64,000 nucleotides of DNA from Hyphomicrobiaceae bacterium (lineage in GTDB: Bacteria > Pseudomonadota > Alphaproteobacteria > Rhizobiales > Hyphomicrobiaceae): NCBI GenBank assembly GCA_965279065.1, contig OZ257134.1, forward strand, positions 3,960,294 to 4,024,293, given 5' to 3'. Under the pieces are notes generated by a model that was not told the DNA's origin, did no database searches, and worked only from the letters and a program-made list of their open reading frames with translations. The position numbers and the translations under genes are program-made. Shown here in pieces: positions 39,439 through 47,017 of this stretch. Position 1 is the stretch's first letter, and the number at the start of each line of letters is the position of its first letter.

Positions 39439-39921
39439 TCAGTCGATCCGCGTCGCCGTTCCTTCGATGACTGGGCCGCTCCCCGTCAGGTCGCGATTGA
39501 TGCGGCCGGCAGAGTTCGTTTGATATCCGCTCTTGTCCAAGTGCCGTTTCAACAGCGCCAGGTTCTTCAGGTTGGCGCGGAAGGCGACGTCGAAGGCATC
39601 GCCAGCGAGCGGGATGAGGCCGACCACGCCGTCGATCGCCGTATTGCCCACCATCCGCATCAGCGTGAACCTCGATACCCCCAGGTTCTTGGCTTCCCAG
39701 ATGATGTAGCTGGAAATCGCCGTCGTCACGAGGTCGCCCAGCACCGGCACGAGGCCGATGAACCCGTCGAGCCCCATGCGCACGTTGGTGCCGGGAATGA
39801 CGAACGCGCTGTCCATGAGCTTGGCCAGCGCCTCGACGCGCATGACGGCCGCGTCGACCTCGGCAGGCGACATGCTGCTCAGCCGGGCGTTGGACTTGGT
39901 CGCGGTAAAGATACTGGCCAC
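39439..39921 (-). CDS. DUF4112 membrane protein
   Basis: LMDSAFVIPGTNVRMGLDGFIGLVPVLGDLVTTAIS...NTAIDGVVGLIPLAGDAFDVAFRANLKN matches the DUF4112 pattern. Confidence 0.75.
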   Translation of the reverse strand: MASIFTATKSNARLSSMSPAEVDAAVMRVEALAKLMDSAFVIPGTNVRMGLDGFIGLVPVLGDLVTTAISSYIIWEAKNLGVSRFTLMRMVGNTAIDGVVGLIPLAGDAFDVAFRANLKNLALLKRHLDKSGYQTNSAGRINRDLTGSGPVIEGTATRID

Positions 39922-40068
39922 GTGGCCCTCCTAGCTCATGACGGCGGGCATATCGTATGTGCCGGCCCGCTCTTCAATAGGACGCAGACGGCGGCGAACG
40001 GTTCCGCTGGACGGTGGCAAAGCGAATGCTAACGTGGCCCCGGGATCCAGAAACGCGAGGAGGCTTTC

Positions 40069-40356
40069 GTGCTGCGCTTGTTTCTCTCGACCGGCAACAT
40101 TTTCCTGTCGCTCGTCCTCGGAGCGCTGATGCTGGCAGTGGTCGGCTACAACTCGCCCGAAACGCTGTCGGAAATGCTGAGCTGGGCCCGCAACCTCAAG
40201 GGTTGGATCACCTCGACCGGCCTCGAGCCCAAGTACAACATCTGGCTCGAACTTCTGCTCGAGGAGCGACAGCTGCTGTTCATGTTTTTCACCATCATCG
40301 CCCGCATCCTGCTCTTCGCCATCACAGCACCGTTCGCAGGCATGTTCCGGGGATGA
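40069..40356 (+). CDS. Small hypothetical membrane protein
   Basis: 95 aa with two hydrophobic helices. GTG start with a GAGGAGG RBS and high GC3. Confidence 0.55.
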   Translation: MLRLFLSTGNIFLSLVLGALMLAVVGYNSPETLSEMLSWARNLKGWITSTGLEPKYNIWLELLLEERQLLFMFFTIIARILLFAITAPFAGMFRG

Positions 40357-40374
40357 AGTAGACGAGATTGAAGC

Positions 40375-40644
40375 ATGCCGCGTGTCGACGAATTGAAGTG
40401 TGACGCAAAATCAGTCGAATACGATTTCAACAATCGATTTGGGACTCTACGAATGAGGCACGGCCATTGCTGCGACATGGATGGCTGCATCCGCTTTTTC
40501 GAGCGGATAGACCCTCAGGTTAAGTCGATTTTGACCTTCTCAGGTGAAGCAGTGGACACCGGATACGTCCGCGTCGAGAGCGAATGGTTCGTCCGACCAT
40601 CGGGGCGCTCAGATGTTCAGCCCTGGAATTCAAGACGCGGTTGA
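40375..40644 (+). CDS. Small hypothetical Cys/His-containing protein (weak call)
   Basis: 89-aa ORF 18 nt after the previous gene. GC3 is only about 55% by hand count, the RBS is weak, and no family was recognised. Confidence 0.3.
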   Translation: MPRVDELKCDAKSVEYDFNNRFGTLRMRHGHCCDMDGCIRFFERIDPQVKSILTFSGEAVDTGYVRVESEWFVRPSGRSDVQPWNSRRG

Positions 40645-40659
40645 TTACAACTCAATCGC

Positions 40660-42675
40660 CTAAGCCGCCTGCGCCTCGTCGCGCACCAGGCGCACGATGT
40701 CGGCCATGATGTCGTTCAGCTGGAAATCCTTCGGCGTGTAGACAGCGGCGACGCCGAAGCCTTTCAGCAGCTTGGCATCCTCGGGAGGAATGATGCCACC
40801 GACGATCAGCGGAATGTCCGACAGCCCTTCCTTGCGCATGCGTTCCACCACTTCCTGCACGAGCGGCACGTGGCTGCCCGAGAGGATCGACAGCCCGACG
40901 ACGTGCACGGACTCGTCGAGCGCGGCGCGCACGATCTGCGACGGCGTCAGCCGGATGCCCTCGTAGACCACCTCCATGCCGACGTCGCGGGCGCGCACGG
41001 CAATCTGCTCCGCGCCGTTCGAATGCCCGTCGAGGCCCGGCTTGCCGACCAGGAACTTCAGCCGCCGGCCGAGCTGTGCCGAAACCGCCTCGACAGACGC
41101 CCGCACTTCGTCCAGGCCCGCGCCATCGCGCACCACTCCGGAGGCCGCCACGCCTGTCGGCGCACGGTACTCGCCGAAGATCTTGCGCAACAGTCCGCCC
41201 CATTCGCCCGTGGTGACGCCGGCCTTGGCGCAGGCGATCGACGGCTCCATGACGTTGCGGCCTTCCTTCGTCGCGGCTTCCAGCTGTGCCAGCGCCGCCT
41301 TCACGGCCTTGTCGTCCCGCTGCTCGCGCCACGCCTTGAGTTTGCCGACCTGTTCCGCTTCCATCTTCGGGTCGACCACCATGATCGAGCCCTCGCCCGT
41401 CGTCAGCGGCGACGGTTCGGTCTCCGTCCACTTGTTGACGCCGACCACCACGAGATCGCCGGACTCGATGCCGCTCAGCCGCCCGGTGTTGCTCTCCACC
41501 AGCTTGCGCTTCATGTAGTCGATGGCCGCCACGGCTCCGCCCATGTCGCCGATCGTCTTCAGCTCCGCCTTGGCCTGCTCTTTCAGCTCGTCGACCTTCT
41601 TCTTCATGACGACGGAGCCGTCGAAGATGTCGCCGTATTCCAGCAGGTCCGTTTCGTACGCCACGATCTGCTGCATGCGCAGCGACCACTGCTGGTCCCA
41701 CGGCCGCGGCAGGCCGAGCGCCTCGTTCCACGCCGGCAGCTGTACGGCGCGCGCACGCGCATTTTTCGACAGCGTGACGGCCAGCATCTCGATCAGGATG
41801 CGGTAGACGTTGTTCTCAGGCTGCGGCTCGGTCAGGCCCAGCGAATTCACCTGCACCCCGTAGCGGAACATGCGGTCTTTCGCGTTGGTCACGCCGTAGC
41901 GCTCGACGGTGATCTCTTCCCACAGCTCGTTGAACGCCCGCATCTTGCAGATCTCGGTCACGAACCGCAGGCCGGCATTGACGAAGAACGATACGCGCCC
42001 GACGACGGTGCCGAAGTTCTCCGGCGGCACCTCGCCCGAGGCCTTCACGGTGTCGAGCACCGCGATCGCCGTCGCCAGCGCGAACGCCAGTTCCTGCACC
42101 GGCGTCGCCCCGGCTTCCTGCAGATGGTAGGAGCACACGTTCGTCGGGTTCCACTTGGGAACCTCCTTGTACGAGAATACGATCGTGTCCTTGATCAGCC
42201 GCAGCGACGGCTCGGGCGGAAACACGTAGGTGCCGCGCGACAGGTACTCTTTGATGATGTCGTTCTGGATCGTGCCGGTCAGTTTGCCGCGCGACGCACC
42301 CTGCTCGTCCGCGAATGCCACGTAGAGCGACAGCAGCCAGGCGGCCGTCGCATTGATCGTCATCGACGTGTTCATCTGATCCAGCGGAATGCCGTCGAGC
42401 AGCGTCCGCATGTCGCCCAAGTGACACACTGGCACACCCACCTTGCCGACTTCGCCGCGCGCCAGCTCGTTGTCGCTGTCGTAGCCGGTCTGCGTCGGCA
42501 GATCGAAGGCGATCGACAGCCCGGTCTGCCCCTTCGACAGGTTTTTCTTGTACAACTCGTTGGACTTAGCGGCGGTGGAATGCCCGGCATAGGTGCGGAA
42601 CAGCCAGGGCTTGTCGCGGGCTGGCGCACCGGTTCCCGCCGGGGCTGCCTTGCCTGTTTTGCTGGTGTCCGCCAT
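40660..42675 (-). CDS. ecm: Ethylmalonyl-CoA mutase (B12-dependent acyl-CoA mutase, MeaA/Ecm type)
   Basis: PWLFRTYAGHSTAAKSNELYKKNLSKGQTGLSIAFDLPTQTGYDSD (Ecm-type DLPTQTGYD) and a C-terminal B12-binding domain (HVVGLSILSGSH). Divergent from ccr. Start at ATG 42675. Confidence 0.85.
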   Translation of the reverse strand: MADTSKTGKAAPAGTGAPARDKPWLFRTYAGHSTAAKSNELYKKNLSKGQTGLSIAFDLPTQTGYDSDNELARGEVGKVGVPVCHLGDMRTLLDGIPLDQMNTSMTINATAAWLLSLYVAFADEQGASRGKLTGTIQNDIIKEYLSRGTYVFPPEPSLRLIKDTIVFSYKEVPKWNPTNVCSYHLQEAGATPVQELAFALATAIAVLDTVKASGEVPPENFGTVVGRVSFFVNAGLRFVTEICKMRAFNELWEEITVERYGVTNAKDRMFRYGVQVNSLGLTEPQPENNVYRILIEMLAVTLSKNARARAVQLPAWNEALGLPRPWDQQWSLRMQQIVAYETDLLEYGDIFDGSVVMKKKVDELKEQAKAELKTIGDMGGAVAAIDYMKRKLVESNTGRLSGIESGDLVVVGVNKWTETEPSPLTTGEGSIMVVDPKMEAEQVGKLKAWREQRDDKAVKAALAQLEAATKEGRNVMEPSIACAKAGVTTGEWGGLLRKIFGEYRAPTGVAASGVVRDGAGLDEVRASVEAVSAQLGRRLKFLVGKPGLDGHSNGAEQIAVRARDVGMEVVYEGIRLTPSQIVRAALDESVHVVGLSILSGSHVPLVQEVVERMRKEGLSDIPLIVGGIIPPEDAKLLKGFGVAAVYTPKDFQLNDIMADIVRLVRDEAQAA

Positions 42676-42934
42676 CGTTTTCGCCCTCGGCTCGAATGTC
42701 TTCCGCACGAAATACTCTACTAGCAGGCAAGTGCAATGCAAAACGCGACATTCCGCTGCCGTTCCATTGGCCATAGCCGTGTTAACATTGCCCCGACTGC
42801 CGCTTAATCACGATCTTTCACCCCCTTTATTGCGGCGCGGAAAAGTGCTTGATAGGCCGCAACTGTCACGGACCTGTTGTGTTGCACTGCGGGAACCGGG
42901 CTGGGGGAGCAAATACTCGTTAGGAGAGACGAGA

Positions 42935-44245
42935 ATGTCGAGCCAAAGCGCTGCCAAAAAAGACGACGTTGCAAAGCCAGCGATCGTCACGGCCACAAAG
43001 GACCTGTACGAGCTGGGCGAAATTCCGCCCCTCGGCCACGTGCCGAAGAACATGTACGCCTGGGCCATTCGCAAGGAGCGTCAGGGCGAGCCCGATACGG
43101 CGATGCAGGTCGAGGTGGTCCCGACGTGGGAGCTCGACAGTCACGACGTGCTCGTTCTCGTGATGGCGGCCGGCGTGAACTACAATGGCGTCTGGGCGTC
43201 GCTCGGCGTGCCGATTTCGATGTTCGACGTCCACAAGAATCCTTTCCACGTTGCTGGGTCGGACGCGTCCGGCATCGTCTGGGCCGTTGGTTCCAAGGTG
43301 AAGCGCTGGAAAGTTGGCGACGAAGTCGTCATCCATTGCAACCAGGACGATGGCGACGACGAGGAGTGCAACGGCGGCGACCCGATGTTCTCCACCTCGC
43401 AGCGCATCTGGGGCTACGAGACGCCGGACGGCTCGTTCGCTCAGTTCTGCCGCGTGCAGGACCGCCAGCTGCTGGAGCGTCCTAAGCACCTCACCTGGGA
43501 AGAAAGCGCCTGCTATACGCTGACGCTCGCCACCGCCTACCGCATGCTGTTCGGCCATCGCCCGCATGTGCTGCGTCCCGGCCACAACGTGCTCGTCTGG
43601 GGCGCCTCGGGCGGTCTCGGCTCGTTCGCCGTGCAGCTCTGCGCCACGTCCGGTGCCAACGCCATCGGCGTCGTTTCCGAAGACGACAAGCGCGACTTCG
43701 TCATGCAGCTGGGCGCCAAGGGCGTCATCAACCGCAAGAACTTCAACTGTTGGGGCCAGCTGCCGAAGGTCAATACGCCGGAGTACAACACCTGGCTGAA
43801 GGAGATGCGCGGTTTCGGCAAGGCGATCTGGGACATCACCGGCAAGGGCGTCAACGTCGACTGCGTCTTCGAACATCCCGGCGAGTCGACCATTCCGGTC
43901 TCCGTGCAGGTCGTGAAGCGTGGCGGCATGGTCGTCATTTGCGCCGGCACTACGGGCTATAACCTGACCATGGACGCCCGCTATCTCTGGATGCACCAGA
44001 AGCGCGTGCAGGGCTCGCACTTCGCCAACCTTGCCCAGGCCGCTCAGGCCAACAAGCTGGTGGTCGAGCGCCGCATCGACCCGTGCATGTCGGAAGTGTT
44101 CTCGTGGGCCCAGATCCCGAAGGCGCACATGCGCATGCTGCGCAACGAGCACAAGCCGGGCAACATGGCCGTTCTCGTGAACGCCCCGACGACCGGCCTG
44201 CGGACCTACGAAGACGTGATCGAGGCCTGCCAGAGCAAGGCGTAA
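42935..44245 (+). CDS. ccr: Crotonyl-CoA carboxylase/reductase
   Basis: LYELGEIPPLGHVPKNMYAWAIRKERQGEP...VIHCNQDDGDDEECNGGDPMFS...IWGYETPDGSFAQF is near-identical in pattern to characterised Ccr. ATG 42935 has a GGAGAG RBS. Confidence 0.92.
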   Translation: MSSQSAAKKDDVAKPAIVTATKDLYELGEIPPLGHVPKNMYAWAIRKERQGEPDTAMQVEVVPTWELDSHDVLVLVMAAGVNYNGVWASLGVPISMFDVHKNPFHVAGSDASGIVWAVGSKVKRWKVGDEVVIHCNQDDGDDEECNGGDPMFSTSQRIWGYETPDGSFAQFCRVQDRQLLERPKHLTWEESACYTLTLATAYRMLFGHRPHVLRPGHNVLVWGASGGLGSFAVQLCATSGANAIGVVSEDDKRDFVMQLGAKGVINRKNFNCWGQLPKVNTPEYNTWLKEMRGFGKAIWDITGKGVNVDCVFEHPGESTIPVSVQVVKRGGMVVICAGTTGYNLTMDARYLWMHQKRVQGSHFANLAQAAQANKLVVERRIDPCMSEVFSWAQIPKAHMRMLRNEHKPGNMAVLVNAPTTGLRTYEDVIEACQSKA

Positions 44246-44272
44246 GCCTCTCTTATCCCACAAACGAATGAA

Positions 44273-44298
44273 GGCCAGACCTTGCGGTCTGGCCTTTT
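44273..44298 (+). terminator. Rho-independent terminator after ccr
   Basis: GGCCAGACC-ttgc-GGTCTGGCC followed by TTTT. Confidence 0.75.
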
Positions 44299-44365
44299 GC
44301 ATTTTACCAGTATGCTCATAATATTGAGCTGAATTTCATATTGCCTTTACTCCCGATGGTGAACC

Positions 44366-45151
44366 ATGGCGCAATTGAACGGCGACGCAGTTAGCAAGCC
44401 GATTGAACTCATTGCCAGCAGTGCAGAGCGGTTGTCGAAATCGGTTTTGGGGTCGTTAGCGCTTTTTCTCCTTCTGATTTACTTCATATCTGGCGTGACC
44501 CTGATCTTCTCGTCGCTCTCTGAGAGGAGTCAGACCATTCTCGTCCTGTTTGTGACGCTGTTCCCTCTCGTCATTCTGCTGGTGTTCTATCGTCTAGTTA
44601 CCAAGCACTTTGGGAAAGTGATCGACCCAGGCAGCATAGACAAGGAAACGTACAGCAAAATTGTCTTAGCCCTCATCAGCGCAGAAGCTGAGGTGAAGGG
44701 CCGGGGGGAGGAAGAAGGTTTCGAGGCTGTTCAGGCTCAGAAATCGGTGATCGTCGCGTCGGAAAGCGCCGTGGAGTTAAGTCACAAAAAAGAGATCGTC
44801 AAAATTCTGGACTGGTACTCTCCGGATTGGCGCCAAAAGCGGTACCTCTTTCGGCGCGCATCCGAGAATTTTCGCGAGCAGCCCGAAATCGTGTTCTCTG
44901 ACGCAAAGATCGCAAAAGATGTCACGAGCGTATTCGGGTTCATCGACAACATAGGGGCTTCCATTGCGGAAGGCGAACTAAAGGACGCTGACGTCCCGAT
45001 TGACTTCAAGAGGTCAGCATCTCGTTACGGTCGCCGCGGCGCAACTTGGCTTGCTTGGTTGAGAGAGAAGGGGGGCAATGCCCACCTGTTCGAGAATTTT
45101 GAAGCCATTACCTCGCGTTGGGCCATACAATTGCGCGACGGGTCGGACTGA
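44366..45151 (+). CDS. Orphan membrane protein with atypical (low-GC) composition
   Basis: 261-aa uninterrupted ORF in about 50-55% GC DNA. Two N-terminal TM helices (LGSLALFLLLIYFISGVTLIF, ILVLFVTLFPLVILLVFY) and a soluble C-terminal half. No family recognised. Confidence 0.6.
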   Translation: MAQLNGDAVSKPIELIASSAERLSKSVLGSLALFLLLIYFISGVTLIFSSLSERSQTILVLFVTLFPLVILLVFYRLVTKHFGKVIDPGSIDKETYSKIVLALISAEAEVKGRGEEEGFEAVQAQKSVIVASESAVELSHKKEIVKILDWYSPDWRQKRYLFRRASENFREQPEIVFSDAKIAKDVTSVFGFIDNIGASIAEGELKDADVPIDFKRSASRYGRRGATWLAWLREKGGNAHLFENFEAITSRWAIQLRDGSD

Positions 45152-45163
45152 CTGAGGCTGCCG

Positions 45164-46018
45164 TTAGGCCGCAGCGCTCATCTGCTTGCGCGAGACGGCC
45201 TCATCGGCCACCTCCGGAATCTCCAGCGCCGTCACCTCGAACTTGTCGAGCGTATGCGGGCCGAACGTCGTCATCATCGGCACGTCCGCGGCATCGCGCC
45301 CGCGCGCTAGAACGATGCGGCCGATGCGCGGCTCGTTGTGGCGCGCGTCGAATGTGTACCAGCGGCCGTTGATGTAGACCTCGCACCACGCGCAGAAATC
45401 CATCGGGTTGGGATCGACCGGCACGCCGATGTCGGCGAGGTAGCCGTTGCAGTACCGCGCGGGAATGTTGAGCGCTCGGCACAGGGCAATGGTGAGATGC
45501 GTGAAGTCCCGGCAGACCGCGTGGCCCTCTTCGAGGGCCTCCCATGCGGTCCGCGTCGCGCGCGCTTTCAGATAGTCGAACTTGAGATTCCGGTGCACGA
45601 AATCGGCAACGGCCTGTACACGTCGGCCACCGGCCGGCACCGTGCCGAACTTGTTCCACGCGAATTGACTGAGCTTGTCTGTCTCGCAATAGCGGCTGCC
45701 GGTGAGGTACGGCAGGCATTCCAGCGGCAGTTCATGTACCGGTGTCTCCGGTGCATCACCCGGCGTGTCTTCATGCAGACCGCTGTCGAACACTTCCGCG
45801 GTATAGCTCAGCTGCACGGGACCGACCGGGACGAACATACGCCGGCATGTATTTCCGAAAACGTCGGTGAAGACTTCGACGGGAAGATGCGGAGTAACGG
45901 CAAGGGGTATTTCCGTCAGAACGTCTTTGCGGCGGGCAGCCTCAAGGTCCATCAAGGTGTGAAGGGCGGCAGCCTGCCCGATATTGAGGCAGATATTGTA
46001 GCCGACGCGAATGCGCAT
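45164..46018 (-). CDS. Transglutaminase-like family protein (variant catalytic site)
   Basis: MRIRVGY N-terminus (Bact_transglu_N-like). Core Cys (GHAVCRDFTHL) and Asp (FDARHN) are present, but FCAW sits where paralogs have HAW. ATG 46018 is preceded by GGAGA. Confidence 0.85.
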   Translation of the reverse strand: MRIRVGYNICLNIGQAAALHTLMDLEAARRKDVLTEIPLAVTPHLPVEVFTDVFGNTCRRMFVPVGPVQLSYTAEVFDSGLHEDTPGDAPETPVHELPLECLPYLTGSRYCETDKLSQFAWNKFGTVPAGGRRVQAVADFVHRNLKFDYLKARATRTAWEALEEGHAVCRDFTHLTIALCRALNIPARYCNGYLADIGVPVDPNPMDFCAWCEVYINGRWYTFDARHNEPRIGRIVLARGRDAADVPMMTTFGPHTLDKFEVTALEIPEVADEAVSRKQMSAAA

Positions 46019-46144
46019 TTTCGTCTCCAAGCAATGCTCTACTTACGAAAACTTGTGAGAGCTTAGCCGGTTCCGTCGTCTGAGCGCTATTCACGTTTTT
46101 TCGAGCCGGCACGCCCGCACACCGAAGTGCGAGCGATGCAAGAC

Positions 46145-47017
46145 TTAGACCGGCACCACGTCGACGCCGACGTCGACCGCATGATCGCCGCCACCGAGCA
46201 ACAGTCCGCTGATCGGGCTGACGTCATCGTAATCGCGCCCGCACGCCACCATCACGTGTTCGTCGCTGACGGCAATGCCGTTCGTCGGATCGAGGTCGAT
46301 CCACTCCGTCTGCGGCGACCACACGGAAATCCACGCATGCGAGGCATCCGCCCCCTGCAGCCGCGGCTGGCCCGGCGGCGGCCGCGTCAGGATGTAGCCG
46401 CTGACGTAGCGCGCCGGCACGCGCATCGCGCGGCAGCAGGCTAGCGCGAAGTGGGCAAAATCCTGGCACACGCCACGACGATGCCGGAACACCTCATGGA
46501 TCGGCGTCGAAACGTCGGTGGCGGTGGAATCGAATGTGAACTCGTCGTAGATGCGCAGCGTCAGATCCATGGCGCCCTGCAGCAGAGGCCGCCCCGGCGT
46601 GAACGACTGCGCTGCGTAGTCCGCAATGCCCAGCGACGGTGTCGTCAGCCGCGAGACGCAGCGGTACTGCACCACGTCGAGCGGAATGGTCTTGCTCTTC
46701 GGCGCCAGCGCTCCGTCCAGTTTGTCCCACGGCGTCGTCTTGGCGAAGTCGAAGGCGGGCGGCGCAATCGTCTCCACGCTCGTGCGGGCGTGCAGCACGA
46801 ATTCCTTGTGCGGCATCTCGATATCGAGGATCGCCATGTGATTGCCGAACGCGTCGACGCCGTCGAACCGCGTCGCCGGTGCCGGCTCGATGATCAGGCT
46901 GTGGTGGCGGATCGCTTGGCGTTCCGTCGAACGCGGCGTCAGGTGAATGAGGTGCTGCGACTGCACCACGGGCGCGCTGTACTGATAGTACGTGCGGTGG
47001 CTGACATCGAGCTTCAT
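46145..47017 (-). CDS. Transglutaminase-like family protein
   Basis: MKLDVSHRTYYQYS N-terminus. Cys-His-Asp elements RGVCQDFAHF, SHAWISVW, DLDPTNG. The ATG overlaps the stop of the upstream gene (ATGA at 47014-47017). Confidence 0.88.
   Translation of the reverse strand: MKLDVSHRTYYQYSAPVVQSQHLIHLTPRSTERQAIRHHSLIIEPAPATRFDGVDAFGNHMAILDIEMPHKEFVLHARTSVETIAPPAFDFAKTTPWDKLDGALAPKSKTIPLDVVQYRCVSRLTTPSLGIADYAAQSFTPGRPLLQGAMDLTLRIYDEFTFDSTATDVSTPIHEVFRHRRGVCQDFAHFALACCRAMRVPARYVSGYILTRPPPGQPRLQGADASHAWISVWSPQTEWIDLDPTNGIAVSDEHVMVACGRDYDDVSPISGLLLGGGDHAVDVGVDVVPV

Noticed and set aside
39981-40005. GGAAC-N16-CGTC on the minus strand upstream of the DUF4112 gene (EcfG-like promoter)
   Set aside because: It has one mismatch in the -10 element. 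By my estimate such one-mismatch hits are expected by chance at about this frequency, and there is no supporting evidence beyond position.
40870-44302. 617-aa (+) and 460-aa (-) ORFs antisense to ecm and ccr
   Set aside because: These are shadow ORFs of two clearly identified enzymes. They show an Arg/His/Asp/Leu-rich composition and no domain signatures.
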